Below, in pieces: positions 1-12,197 of a stretch of 35,167 nucleotides of DNA. Below the pieces are notes generated by a model. It did not search any database and was not told where the DNA came from. It was given only the letters and a program-made list of their open reading frames with translations. The translations under genes were made by a program, and so were the position numbers. Each line of letters begins with the position of its first letter. The stretch's first letter is position 1. Source of the stretch: Chiloscyllium plagiosum (Eukaryota); contig NC_057717.1 in assembly GCF_004010195.1 (NCBI RefSeq), forward strand, positions 56,366,554 to 56,401,720, in the 5' to 3' direction.

Positions 1-57
1 GGAGGGTCAGTGTGTACTTGTTGGGCCGAAGGGCCTGTTTCCACGCTGTAAGTAATG
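1..57 (+). mobile_element. 3' tail of HE1-type SINE / HER1(CR1) LINE
   Basis: ...ttgttgggccgaagggcctgtttccacgctgtaag matches the tail of the fuller copies at 4459-4776 and 31070-31312. Confidence 0.75.
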
Positions 58-217
58 TTTTCAGCTACACTTGTCTCGTTATAAAATACAATTTCGAGCA
101 GAGAACATTTTTATCATCAGCTGTTATCTTGACAGTTGTCTGAATTGTGCATTTTCCTTCTCATCAAAGTTTCTTTATTAATTTATCTTTGATTATTTCT
201 ATCGATAGCAATTACAC

Positions 218-425
218 AGTATCCTGCTCAGTTGGCTGGATGGTTGGTTTGTGATACAGAGGGAAACCAACAGTGCTGGTTCAATTCCGCACGCTGGCAG
301 AGGTTACCATGAAGCGGACGCTCTCTGAACCTAACCCCATCACCTGAAGTGTGTTGCCCCTCAAGTTGAAATCACAATTTGTGGCCTCACTAATGAGAAA
401 GCAGTGCTTTGGGACTTTATTCTAT
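218..425 (+). mobile_element. tRNA-derived SINE (degenerate)
   Basis: A-box-like gctcagttgg and B-box-like ggttcaattcc, followed by a SINE-like body; resembles a common shark SINE2 as I recall it. Confidence 0.55.
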
Positions 426-1419
426 CTATGTTAGCATTTTAATACTTAAAAAAATATTTTTGAGAGAGAAATGTTTAATGTTACAATGAATCAATAAGTA
501 CACAACTCAAGAAATCAACACAACTGAACAAAATTGCACCCACGTGTATATGCATACATAACAACAAGGTAAATAAACGGACAGAAGAAAAATAAAAATA
601 AAAACTAATAAATGAATAATACAACTCAAGATAACACATCTATACTTGTCATTCTTCAAGGGAATTAAATAATACACGTTCATTTGTTCGTTATTCTTCC
701 TCTCTGGATATTGGATTCATTAGAAAATATCGCCATGGCAAAATAAAAGCCATTCTTAGAGTGGCAGATAAATCTGTATCTCGATAATTCAAGAAGTGCT
801 ACCATGCCTTATAAAAATCCTTTGTTTTCTGATGCACCATACTTTTGAGAAAGCCCAAAGTGAAATGCACCATGACGAGCTTTCGCCAACCCGAGTGACC
901 CGGGCAGTTACAGACCACACAACACAAGAGATTTTTTTTTTCCCGAGCATCGAACATGTGATCATTGAAGTTTTTTTTCCCATGTGCATCTGAGTAAGGT
1001 GAACTGACCAGGACCAGGAAAAGGGAAGCTGAACCGATATCCGATTCGGTGCCCAAATCCTCTCCATCACACCGAACACAGCACTCCAATAAAAACAAAG
1101 GCAGTGGCAGGACCACAAGCAATGAGTAAGAGTGCCTGTAGTCATTTCGCATTTAAGACATGTTAAAGATACTTCCACTTTGGATTTTGAGAGAGGATCT
1201 GGGGCCAGATAGATTATATGAAGAATTTTCAATAGCAAGGGGTCGCTTATGGTGACAAATGAAAGAGCTAAATCATTAATTAAATGTACTAACTGTCTGT
1301 CTGGGAAACATCAAATAAAACATTCGCATGGGGCATAGCAAATGAGGGAGAATATTTATTTTAATAAGAGCTATCCGACCTAGCCAGAATATTGGAAGTG
1401 CATCCTATATTCGAAGGTC

Positions 1420-1597
1420 TTAGAGTCATAGAGATGTACAGAATGGAAACAGACCCCTCGGCCCGTCCATGCCGACCAGATATCCCAACCCAATCTAGTC
1501 CCATCTGCCAGCACCCGGCCCCTGTCCCTCTAAACCCTTCCGATTCATATACCCATCCAAATGCCTCTTAAATGTTGCAATTGTACCAGCCTCCACT
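1420..1597 (-). mobile_element. CR1/HER1 LINE 3' fragment nested in the L1
   Basis: tagagtcatagagatgtacag...ggaaacagaccc...ccatccaaatgcctcttaaatgttgcaattgtaccagcctccac is the reverse complement of a CR1 3' end, similar to the copy at 24860-25290. Confidence 0.75.
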
Positions 1598-2776
1598 CTT
1601 GTTTATTTTTTTTTTAAATGGTTAAGTTCACGTTAAACATATGATCAAAGATGGGAGTAATGAATATACCTAAATAAAGAACACCCGCACCCCCCAGGAC
1701 CATTTAAAAGGAGTTCGAGATTCTCCCTCGGCATCAGGTATTTCCCTAAGACCTCCCATAGGCATGGGTTCCGACTTTGTAAAATTAATCTTATAGGTCA
1801 AAAAGGCACCAAACGAATTGATGTATTGCATCATGAGGTTCGGAAACTGTTCGATTTGACAAAAACATAGGAACATCATCGGCAGACAATGTCATCTCAC
1901 GTGACTTCTATTCCACTTCTGGGGCAGATATGTTGGGGTCCCTATGGATGGCCTCTGCCAGAGGCTCAATCATCAACGTAAACAACAATGGCGTTAGGAG
2001 ACAACCTTGTCGACTGCCTCGAGAAATATTAATATTACTAAATCACACAACATTGGCGAGAACCGCAGCCAGACGATCACGATAAAGAACCCTTATCCAC
2101 TTGATAAAAACTTTGCCAAGACCAACCCGTTCTAATGTATAGAAGAGATACAGCCACTCAAAAAAATCAAATGCCTTCTCTGCATCTAAAGAGATCGCTA
2201 ATACCCGTATAATTTATTGTTGACACGCTTGGATCATATTGAGTAAGCTCCTAATATTTTTTGAATACCTGCAGCCCTTTATAATCCGGTGTGGTCCACT
2301 TTGACAATGGAAGTAACATAGTTGCCAAGCCTTAATGTAAGAATCGCAGACAGAATTTAGAAATCAACAGTTAAAAGTGAGTTGGGCGTATAAGAAGAAC
2401 AATCTTCTGGTGTCTTCCTTTTCTTAAAAATACGAGAGATTTTCGCCTCTCTTAAGGATGGTTGGAGGAGGTCGTGATTGTATGAGTGATTGAATATGTA
2501 AAGCATCGGCCTTGTTTGGAAATGTTTATAAATCCGTCATAAAATTAACTCAAAACTCCATCAGGACTGGACGCCTTTCCGCCCTGAGATTGCTTCACAG
2601 CCTCCTGCACTGACAATGGTGCATTAAGGCAAGATGCTTATTCAGGGGTTACCAATGCAAGATCCTAGTTCTTGAAAGAAGACTCTATCTTACTCCATCT
2701 GTCCTCATAATGCTCAGTCTGATATAATTCGGAGTAAAATCTCCGAAATGCTGCTTTGATCTTTATGGAACCGCAG

Positions 2777-3271
2777 GTAAGGGTCCCAGTAAGGGTCCCA
2801 GTAAGGGTCCCAGTAAGGGTCCCAGTAAGGGTCCCAGTAAGGGTCCCAGTAAGGGTCCCAGTAAGGGTCCCAGTAAGGGTCCCAGTAAGGGTCCCAGTAA
2901 GGGTCCCAGTAAGGGTCCCAGTAAGGGTCCCAGTAAGGGTCCCAGTAAGGGTCCCAGTAAGGGTCCCAGTAAGGGTCCCAGTAAGGGTCCCAGTAAGGGT
3001 CCCAGTAAGGGTCCCAGTAAGGGTCCCAGTAAGGGTCCCAGTAAGGGTCCCAGTAAGGGTCCCAGTAAGGGTCCCAGTAAGGGTCCCAGTAAGGGTCCCA
3101 GTAAGGGTCCCAGTAAGGGTCCCAGTAAGGGTCCCAGTAAGGGTCCCAGTAAGGGTCCCAGTAAGGGTCCCAGTAAGGGTCCCAGTAAGGGTCCCAGTAA
3201 GGGTCCCAGTAAGGGTCCCAGTAAGGGTCCCAGTAAGGGTCCCAGTAAGGGTCCCAGTAAGGGTCCCAGTA
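2777..3271. repeat. Perfect tandem array (GTAAGGGTCCCA)x41 + GTA inside L1 ORF2
   Basis: Counted directly: units start at 2777 and every 12 bp through 3257, with no mismatches seen. Confidence 0.97.
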
Positions 3272-4458
3272 CCTTCCCGAATTGAATAATGGCTTGGGGG
3301 CGCTCTTTTTCCTCACAAGATAGGCTAAATACNNNNNNNNNNNCTGCGGGTTAAAGAAGAAAATAAATTCCCAACCTGACAGCTGGAGCTGCCTCCTGAC
3401 ATCCACCAGCTCTAGTTCCAAACACAAATTCATTATTTGCTTACATTATAACGATGGTATCGGGGGATCTTTGAACATTCTTTCTCCCGAAGTGTCCAAA
3501 AGACTGTTGATGATTCCTTCTACAATAACGTGTGACGATTCAAGATTACTTAAGTTGGAAAATGCATCTCCCAGGAATTTAAGGGAGTGCGTCCGGGGGT
3601 GGGGTGGGGCAATAAACATTCCAAATGATGCATTCTTTCCTCAAAGTTCGAGGCTTGGTGATTATGATCCTCCCGTCAGTGTCTATTAAAATCCTATCGT
3701 TTAAATGGAAGATTCTTCCTATCCAGAATGGCCATTCCCCTACTCCTCGTATTAAAGATTAGAAGTAAACCCAATCAAACCCACCCTTCTGTAAAGTCAA
3801 TTGTTCCATGTTATCAAGTTGCATCTCCTGCAATAGGACAACATCCACCCTCTCTTATTAAAGACTCGAAACTACATTATGGCTCTCCTTAATGCTCAGG
3901 GTACATTATTTAAGCGCATCATTATCTATAATATAGTCAAGCAACATTTGAACGTCAGAGACAAAGATCTCGAATTGCAGATTGCTGATCCTTAATGAAC
4001 AAAGGACAAAAATTGCCTAAACCCTGTACCATCTAAAACTACAACAACTAACAAGGTCTCAGAACTTTCTAAATTTAAACACATACAAAACAAATAAAAC
4101 GAAACAAAATCCAACGTGCCAATGGCACTCGATAGGGAATGTACCTCCCTCCTCGCTCACTGTGGATGCTAACATATCACAAAACGTTATATTCTGATCG
4201 GTACCAATGTGGCATACAGGGCAATTAACCACAAAATCGGGCTGGAACTACCCTGAGGTCGGCACTTAGTCTACACAACCACATTTGTAACTCCCTCCAG
4301 TTTGAGCCGCACCACAGACTAAAGCAAAGAAATAGATAAAAAATAGCAATACGAATGAAGACGTTCAATTGGTGTACTCTACCCATCCCCAACTACAGTT
4401 TAACACTGGTTAATACCAGAACAATCGAAATAAATTTCTTTATGAAAAGAGAAACATG

Positions 4459-4776
4459 ATTATTATTAGATTCCCTACAGTGTGGAAACAGGCCCTCCGG
4501 CCCGACCAGTCCACACCGACCCTCTAAAGAGTAACCCACCCAGACCGATTTCCCTCTGACGGATGCATCTAGCACTACGGGCAATTCAGCACGGCCAACT
4601 CACCTGACCTGCACGTCTTTGGACTGTGGGAGGAAACCGGAGTACCAGAAGAAACCCATGAAGACACGGGGAGAATGTGCAAACTGCAGACAGATAGCTG
4701 CCCAAGGCTGGCATCGAATCTGGGACCCTGTTGCTGTGAGGCAGCAGTGCTAATCAATGAGCCACCGTGCCACCCC
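4459..4776 (-). mobile_element. Full-length HE1-type V-SINE nested in the L1
   Basis: Minus strand has a tRNA-like head gggtggcacggtggctca, the V-domain tttgcacattctccccgtgtc...ggtttcctcccacagtccaaagacgtgcagg, the CR1-like tail gggcctgtttccacactgtagggaatc, and (aat)n. Confidence 0.85.
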
Positions 4777-6184
4777 AACACATTAAAACATCCATCATAC
4801 TTTAAAAGGTCCACAAAGTTTTCGCTTTCTCTGTAGAGTGAGACGAGTTCACGGATTCATTCAATGCAACACGGAGCACCGTTGGGTGCCGTAAGGAATA
4901 CTGAATCCCGAGTTCCCTTACTCTTCTCTTGATATCAACAAACAATTTTCTTTTCTGAATCATCACCGCTGATAAATCCCGTAAAAACATAATCCTGGAG
5001 CTCTCATGAATCAAAGCCACCGGATATTTCCCCTGGGTGTTGGAAACTTCCATAATTCTTTGTTTATCCCCATAACTATATAACCGCACAAAGAGAGGGC
5101 GAAGGCATTGGTCTGAGCCTGACATGCGCACCGTAACCCAATCAACTGCCAACTCTTCACCCATCCCTCTTCAGTTTAGAAGTGAAGGACTTGCGGCAGC
5201 CAGTTATCAAGAAAACACACTGGCTGACCACTTGCTGTCTGATCCAGCAGACCGACGATGTGAACATTCTTCATCTTGTCCCTGTTCTCGAGATCGTCAT
5301 CATGTTCAGTTAAATTACGGAGCTGTTTTTCAAGGGTGTGGATCCGTTCCTGAGAGGAATCGATCGCAGTCTCTGCCACTGCAGTTGGGCGCTTGACATC
5401 ATATGTTCTGTTTCCGAGGCTTTCAAGTTGCTGCTTATGTTTTTGGAGCACGGTTAAGAGTGGTGGTGGTTCTAGCCAGGGCTGAACGTTTCTTCAATCA
5501 TGGCTTCAATCATTTCACATAACTTGGTGAACTCAGCGACCAAGGTCTGGTGATTAACTGGGTCCATCGAACGAGCAGAGTGTCTTGCAGCTACGGCCTC
5601 AGGCATGCTCGATGCTTCTGAGAGGTGCACCGCGTGTTGGGACTTACTCCATCCTTTCCCGTGTTTTGTTATTTCCACTTGACAAAACGGGATTAGCAAA
5701 GATTCTATCGCTCTTTTAGTGTTGGATTTTAAATAAATGTCTTAGGTCGGGTGGGTTAGAGCACCATTTTGCTTGTGGAGTGATGCAGAGACCAGCAAAG
5801 AAAACATTTCAGATTGCTGCCATCTTGGATTCCCCCTTAACATTTTATCGATGTCATCATTTCGTTTTACATTATATTCCTGGATGTTCTGGAACCGTGT
5901 CATTTTGTACCTCTGTCAGTATTTTCCCCACACTTTACATTCCTGCCCACTCCCCGACAATCCTTGACTCCATTGTTATTTATGAACCTTCTGTCTGTGC
6001 CTCAAAAATATTCAATATCTCTACCTTCAATACTCTACAAGGAAGACGGTTACAAAGACGCACAACACTTTGAGAAAACAAATAAACCTCATGATCTGAG
6101 TGTGAGATTAGTTTTTTCTTTTGTCCCCTTACCTGACAAAGGATATAATTACATTGAAAGCAGTTCAGAGATGTTTCACTTCAC

Positions 6185-6300
6185 GTAATCCAGGGATGAA
6201 GGGCTTTTATTATGAATGCTTTAACAGGTTACTCTTGGAATGAGAGGTGATCTTATTGAAATATACAAGACCTTGAGGCGAGTGGATCAAGTTGGGTGTT
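6185..6300 (+). mobile_element. CR1 LINE fragment
   Basis: atgagaggtgatcttattgaaatatacaagaccttgagg encodes the 'RGDLIEIYK' CR1 ORF2 C-terminal motif. Confidence 0.6.
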
Positions 6301-6325
6301 TGTATATTCGAAACTAGTCATTGTT

Positions 6326-6660
6326 ATGGAATTCCTATAGTGTGGAAGCAGGACACTCCGTCCATCACGTCAACACAGACCCACCGAGCAGCATCTCACC
6401 TGGACCTGCCCCCCATCCTATCCATGTAACCCCGCATTTTCCATGACTAACCCACCTAACCTACAAATCACTGGGCAAGATGGACAATTTCGCATGAACA
6501 AACCACTTTAAGCTGCACTTCTTCGGATTGTGGGAGGAAACTTGTGCATTGGGAGGAAACCCACACAGACACGGGGAGAATGTTCAAACTCCACATAGAA
6601 GTTCGCCTGAAGTTGGAATTGAACCCAGTTCCTTGTGATGTGAGGCAGCAGTCGTAACCA
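6326..6660 (-). mobile_element. HE1-type V-SINE (older copy)
   Basis: Reverse complement of the V-domain: gggaggaaacccacacagacacggggagaatgttcaaactccaca. Confidence 0.75.
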
Positions 6661-7688
6661 AAGTTCCTCCATTCTCCTCCTTTAGTTATATTATTTACTT
6701 GTGGCTGAGTAAAGTAATTTGCCTGACTTGTTCCTGTCACTGAAATTGACCCAGTCTGAGAACATTATCAGGGGCCATATCACTGACCTGGCTACATTTA
6801 AAATGTGTTATGAGCAGTGGACGGTTGGGACGAGAAAAGGAAACAGTGACACTCTGCAACAGTCAGAACAGGAGTGAGGAGAAATACACAAAGTGGGAAT
6901 TCATTCAAGTGGGAATTCTCTTTCCCAGAAGTTCGGGATGGCTGGATCTTTACATTATATCGAGGCAGGCTTGGTCTGATATTCCATACACAGGTAAATC
7001 AGGGATAATGGTGCATGGGGAGAAAAGTACTTCAGGGACCACAATGAGATCAGCCACGACCTTATTTATTGTTGGTGTAGTGTCAAAGGGCCGAATGGCC
7101 CACTCGTGTCCCTCAGCCCTATTGATGATGTTCTATTCAGACCTTCAGTCCTGCTCCACAGGGGCAGATCGAGGCCACTCCGATGGTGNNNNNNNNNNNN
7201 NNNNNNNNNNNNNNNNNNNNNNNNNNNNNNNNNNNNNNNNNNNNNNNNNNNNNNNNNNNNNNNNNNNNNNNNNNNNNNNNNNNNNNNNNNNNNNNNNNNN
7301 NNNNNNNNNNNNNNNNNNNNNNNNNNNNNNNNNNNNNNNNNNNNNNNNNNNNNNNNNNNNNNNNNNNNNNNNNNNNNNNNNNNNNNNNNNNNNNNNNNNN
7401 NNNNNNNNNNNNNNNNNNNNNNNNNNNNNNNNNNNNNNNNNNNNNNNNNNNNNNNNNNNNNNNNNNNNNNNNNNNNNNNNNNNNNNNNNNNNNNNNNNNN
7501 NNNNNNNNNNNNNNNNNNNNNNNNNNNNNNNNNNNNNNNNNNNNNNNNNNNNNNNNNNNNNNNNNNNNNNNNNNNNNNNNNNNNNNNNNNNNNNNNNNNN
7601 NNNNNNNNNNNNNNNNNNNNNNNNNNNNNNNNNNNNNNNNNNNNNNNNNNNNNNNNNNNNNNNNNNNNNNNNNNNNNNNNNNNNNNNN

Positions 7689-7910
7689 CCGCCCCCAGCC
7701 TGATCCTCACTGCCCCCAGCCTGACCCTCAACGCCAATCAACACTGCCCCCAGCCTAACCCTAACCACCGTCCACACACTGCACCCAGACTGACCCTCAC
7801 TGCACCGACACTTCACTCCCAACCTGACCCTCACCACACCCCACACACCACATCCCAGCCTGACACTCACCGCCCTCGACACACCGCCCACAGTCTGACA
7901 CTCACCACTC
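7689..7910. repeat. Degenerate C-rich minisatellite (~21-bp unit like cagcctgaccctcactgcccc) next to a gap
   Basis: Recurring cctgaccctcac / cagcc motifs visible directly. Confidence 0.7.
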
Positions 7911-7924
7911 CTAAAAAAAACCGC

Positions 7925-8260
7925 CTCTGAAACTTCTTTGATGTATGGTAATTTGGTTAGGGTTTCTGGCTGTGTTTTGTCTGCTTGTCGTGGTTTGCTC
8001 TTGAGGAATCTGCGCACTGTGTTTTTTGATTATCCGTTCTTCTTGAATACGTCGTATAGATGGCTCTCCTCTGTTTTTCGAAGTTCGTTTGTGCTACAGT
8101 GTGTGGTGGCTCGTTGGAATAGTGTTCTGATACAGCTTCCTTTGTGTGTGTTGGGATGGTTGCTGGTGTAGTTAAGTATTTGGTCAGTGTTTGTCAGTTT
8201 TCTGCATACGCAGGTTTGTAATTCCCCCTTGTCCTTTCTTTCTACTGTGATGTCCAGAAA
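7925..8260 (-). mobile_element. Penelope-like element (Poseidon-type) RT thumb/linker fragment
   Basis: 'PFLDITVERKDKGELQTCVCRKLTNTDQILNYTSNHPNTHKGSCIRTLFQRATTHCS...LPYIKEVSE', with an internal stop. Confidence 0.8.
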
Positions 8261-8664
8261 TGGGAAAGGAGCACAAAGGTACACGGAGTACTCCAGGTGT
8301 GGTCTCACCAAGGCCCTTCCAGAAATGTATCCCTGCTCCTGTACGCGAATCCTCTCACTATGTAGCTCACATCTCATTCACATTCTCTGTTGCTTCCCAA
8401 TCCGGCCTGCTTCTAAATGGAGGGAATCACAGAGAAATACAGGATAAAATGGAGTCAGGGTCTCTTGTATAAAGCTACTGAACACAATGCCCTCATCATA
8501 TCCATACTGATCATGAAGCACACATGCCTGGTATGAACATTTAAACGCTTCTTAAAGGCTGCAATGTTTCCTGCATCTGTCACCATTTCAGATGCTGCCA
8601 GACCTGCTGAGGAGCTCCAGCACTTTTTGTTTTTATTACAGATGTTCACCATTTTGCTGAAGCA

Positions 8665-9800
8665 GTTAGAGTCAGAGACTTATACAGCACGGAAACAGAC
8701 CGTTCAGTCCAACTCGTCCATATCGATCAGATATCCTAAACCGATCCAGTCCCATTTGGGAGAGTTGCCGAATATCACTCTGAACACACTCTATTCATGT
8801 ACCCCTCATGACGCCTTTTAAATGTTGTAATTAGACCTGCGTCCATCATTCCTATGGCAACTTAGTTCCCTTTGAAATCTTTCCACTCTCTCCTTAAACC
8901 CAATGCCCTGTCATTTTGAACTCCCCGACACTGGCTGAAACAAAGACCTTGGGTATTCACCCTATCAAGCTCCTCTTCAAGATAACCCCTCAGTCTCTGA
9001 CGCTCCAGGGGAAAAGCCCCAGCCTATTGAGCTTCTCCCCTTAACTCCACAGTCCTAATAATAATCGTGTAGTTATTTTCTGAAACCGTTCATGTTTAGC
9101 AAAACAGAGTCGTAGAAATGTACAGAATAGAAACAAACCCTTTTGTCCTACTTGTCATGCCAACCAGCCCAATCTATACATGCATCAACTTCTGCCTGCG
9201 TGAAGCAAGTTGTCCCACCGGTTCCCTTGAAGTCTTTCCCCCCTCACGTTCAACCTATGCCCTCTTATTTTGGACTCCCCTATACTGGGAATAAAGAACC
9301 CGTAACTAGTTACCCCGTCGTTGCTCCTCACAACTTTATAAAGTTGTATAAGTTCAGTGCTCCAGGGAAAATATCCTCAGCCCCTCCCTATAGTTCAAAA
9401 GTTCCAATACTAGCAACACGCTTGTAAATCTTTTCTGAACTTTTTCAAGTTTCCCAACATCCTTCCTATAGCAGGAAGACCAGAATTGACAGCAGTCTGG
9501 GCATTCCAATGTTACAACCAACTCTTATACTCAATGCACTGCCCAGAAACAGTTAGCATACCAAACACCACCTTCACTAACCTGTCCACCTACAAGCCCA
9601 CTTTCAAGGAACTATCAACCCACACTCCATGGTCTATTTGTTCGTTAAGACTTCCCAGGAACTTGCCATTATGAGGTTGAGACCTATCCTGGTAACATCT
9701 TGCCGAAATCAGGGAGAGTAGAATTGAGTGCAATATTCTAAAACTGGTCTCACCAATGTCCTATACATCCAGAACGTGACCTCCTAACTCCGATACTCAG
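8665..9800 (-). mobile_element. Series of decayed CR1/HER1 LINE 3' fragments
   Basis: CR1 tails start near 8665 and 9105; reverse-complement RT-region motifs are present (gaccagaattg, ggtctcaccaatgtcctata). Confidence 0.6.
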
Positions 9801-10030
9801 TCACAGAATCCCTACAGTGTGGAAGCAGGCCATTCAGCCCATGAGACTATACCAACCATCGGAACAGCATCCCACTTGAACCATGTAACCAAGCATTTCC
9901 TACAGCCAATCCACCTAACCTGCACGTCTTTGATTGTTTGAGGGAACCAGAGCACTCAGAGGAAGCCCACGGAGATTCAAAGAGGGAGAATGCGCAAACA
10001 TCACACAGAGAGGTATCGAACCCAGGTTCA
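9800..10030 (-). mobile_element. HE1-type V-SINE (degenerate)
   Basis: aatccctacagtgtggaagcaggcc tail plus cacctaacctgcacgtctttg V-domain. Confidence 0.7.
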
Positions 10031-10214
10031 TTTATTGATCTGTGCACAGACCAATAAAAGTCAGCATTACAAATGCAGCCTTCAGCACCTGATCTCCCTG
10101 AAACTCTACTTTCCAGGAACTGTGTAATAGTTCTGACCCCTCAGAGGGATTTAAGGTGAGGAGGAGAGAACAGGAACAAGATTGAGTTGTAGATCTATAA
10201 AATAACTCTCCAAA

Positions 10215-10620
10215 CACCTCTCTGTTCCGCCCGTCCTCTGTTCCCCGCTCTCTGCCCCACGCTCTCTGTTAACCCCGATCTCTGTTCCCCCACTCTCTAT
10301 CCCCCCTTCCCCACTCTGTTCCATCCTTCTCTGTTCCCCCTTCTCTGTTACTCACTCTCTCTGNNNNNNNNNNNNNNNNNNNNNNNNNNNNNNNNNNNNN
10401 NNNNNNNNNNNNNNNNNNNNNNNNNNNNNNNNNNNNNNNNNNNNNNNNNNNNNNNNNNNNNNNNNNNNNNNNNNNNNNNNNNNNNNNNNNNNNGTCTCCC
10501 CCCCCCTGTTTCGCGCCCTGTTTCCCCCGCCCCTGTTTCTCCGCCTCCTGTTCCCCGTTCCCTGTTTCCCCACACTCCCTGTTTCCCTACACCCTCTCAG
10601 CCTACCCTCCCTTCCCTGTC
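10215..10620. repeat. Pyrimidine-rich low-complexity repeat (ctctgttcccc-like) flanking a gap
   Basis: Visible directly on both sides of N10364-10493. Confidence 0.75.
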
Positions 10621-11520
10621 CTCTGGTTCTGTACTCGCCTACCACAGGGAAAAGACCTTGCCAATTCCCCTAGCCATTCCCGGCCGGATTCTGTAAATCT
10701 CTATAAGGTCACCCCTTAGCATCCGAAGCTCGAAGGAAAAATGCCCTATCGAGCCTGCAATTCTTTTCTGACCCCTTTCAAGATTGAGAACATCCTTTCG
10801 ATAGGAAGGAGACCAGAATGGCATCGAATATTCCAAAAGTTGCCTAATCAATGTCCTGTAAACCGCAATATGACCTCCCAATCCCAATACAAAGGTCTCT
10901 GACCAATAAAGGAAAGTAAACCTTCTTGACTAGCCTATCTACCTGCGACTCCACTTTAGATGAATAATGAAACTGCACTCCAAGGTCTCTTTGCTTCGCA
11001 ACAATCCCCAGGAACTTAATATTGACAGTAAGGTTTGCTCTTCAAAATTTCAGCAACTCACAGTTTTCTAAACTGAACTCCTCAGCGCAGTCACGAATCT
11101 GATCCAGATCGCTTTCTACTCTGAGGTGATCTTTTTCACTGTCCATCACACCTCCAATTTTGGTGTCAACTGCAAACTTACTAACAATACCTCTTATGTT
11201 CACATCCAAATCATTGATATAAATGACGAAAAATAGTGGTTCCAGCACCGATCTTTGAGACACTCCACAGGTCACACGCCTCCACCACCCTCTGTCTTCT
11301 ACCTTTGAGCCAGTTCTGTATTCAAATGGACAGTTCTCCCTGTAATCCATGAGATGTAACCTTGCTAACCAGTCTCCCGTAAGGAACCTGGTCGAATGCC
11401 TTACTGAAGTCCATGTAGATCATGTTCACCGCTCTGCCCTCATCAATCCTCTTTGTTACTTTTTCGGTAAACTCAGGCCACTTCATGAAACATGATTTCC
11501 CACGCACAAAGCTGTTATTA
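10620..11520 (-). mobile_element. CR1 LINE reverse-transcriptase fragment (frameshifted)
   Basis: 'MIYMDFSKAFDQVPYGRLVSK', 'GVSQRSVLEPLFFVIYINDLD', 'SKFAVDTKIGG' and 'LRGDLIEIYR' lie in separate ORFs (11322-11507, 11042-11350, 10639-10887). Confidence 0.9.
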
Positions 11521-12020
11521 ATACCCAGGACTTAACCCTGTACATTGGGGTCTGCATAGGTGTTAATATGTTATAGGTATTAATATTCTGGATAAAGTTC
11601 ACGTACACCTGTTTTGTGTTAGTGACTGTGTATTGAGTCTTGTTAATATCACCAACACAGGTGAGTTCCTTTTGAAAGATAGTCACAATATCCCTATCCC
11701 CCTCCCATCTGCTCTGTGTCCTCCATCCCCACCGCATACAGTGTGATAAACATGAGTTTCCATGCGAGTGAGTTTGAGAAAACATTCCCTTCTTTCCTGT
11801 AGCCCACCAAGAAATGGTGGCAGCGTCCTTACTTCTGGACCAGGAATATCGGGTCCAGAGTTGAGTAACAGCATCTTTGAATAGGCTGGTTAGATAACAT
11901 ATCCAAACCACCAGGCCATAATGTCTTCCAGCTGTCCCTGCCTGAGCCTCCACACAGAATCTTCCTGTTGCTTCTCTACTGTCAGAATCTCCCATTGCTC
12001 AGATTGTCCATGTTACGAAA

Positions 12021-12196
12021 AAAGAGAAAATGCTGGAAAATCTGAGCAAGTCTTTCAGCATCTGTAAGGAGAGAGAAGACCTGACGTTTCACGTATAGCT
12101 GACTCAGCTGAAAATAGCTGACTCGAAACGTCAGCTATTTTCTCTCTTTACATATGCTGCAAAACCTGTTGAGATTTTCCAACATTTACTCTTTTT
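12021..12196. mobile_element. Palindromic (fold-back) short element built from PLE terminal-repeat sequence
   Basis: Left arm aaagagaaaatgctggaaaatctgagc...cagcatctgtaaggagagag...tgacgtttc is complementary to right arm gaaacgtcagc...ctctctttacatatgctgc...gagattttccaacatttactcttt. Confidence 0.7.
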
Positions 12197-12197
12197 G

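Larger units (their letters stand above)
442..5836 (-). mobile_element. Decayed near full-length L1-clade LINE (ORF1 + ORF2 pseudogenised)
   Basis: Minus-strand 5' end GGGGGAATCCAAGATGGCAGC. ORF1 remnants at ~4800-5670 (coiled coil 'LEKQLRNLTEHDDDLENR', 'RPLFVRLYSYGDKQRIM', 'LGIQYSLRHPTVLRV'). ORF2 remnants: endonuclease ~3350-3900, RT '[10 protein letters not shown]' (~2170-2195), 'RGSRQGCLLTPLLF' (~1985-2025), 'SADD' (~1875-1885), C-terminal zinc knuckle 'CLKCEMTTGTLTHCLWSC' (ORF 789-1238). Candidate TSD ttagcatttta (431-441) / ttaacatttta (5837-5847). Confidence 0.9.

Noticed and set aside
2714-3433. ORFs encoding (YWDP)n / (VRVP)n repeat proteins, or a CRISPR-like array
   Set aside because: These are translations of a stop-free 12-bp tandem repeat inside a dead L1. 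There are no spacers, the context is eukaryotic, and the array is likely an artefact.
7751-7770. Telomere-like cctaaccctaacc
   Set aside because: Only about two units, embedded in an unrelated C-rich minisatellite.
6810-8017. Long ORFs of 190-300 aa
   Set aside because: Their length comes from reading through the 500-N gap, and the flanks are repeat fragments.
8030-8377. Apparent novel 115-aa protein
   Set aside because: A chance in-frame fusion of a CR1 fragment (RPHLEYSV) with a Penelope fragment (PFLDITVERK).
11530-12015. Possible LTR-retrotransposon 3' end (purine tract followed by TGT on the minus strand); 170-aa ORF
   Set aside because: No second LTR, TSD or recognisable protein motif, so I cannot support it without a search.
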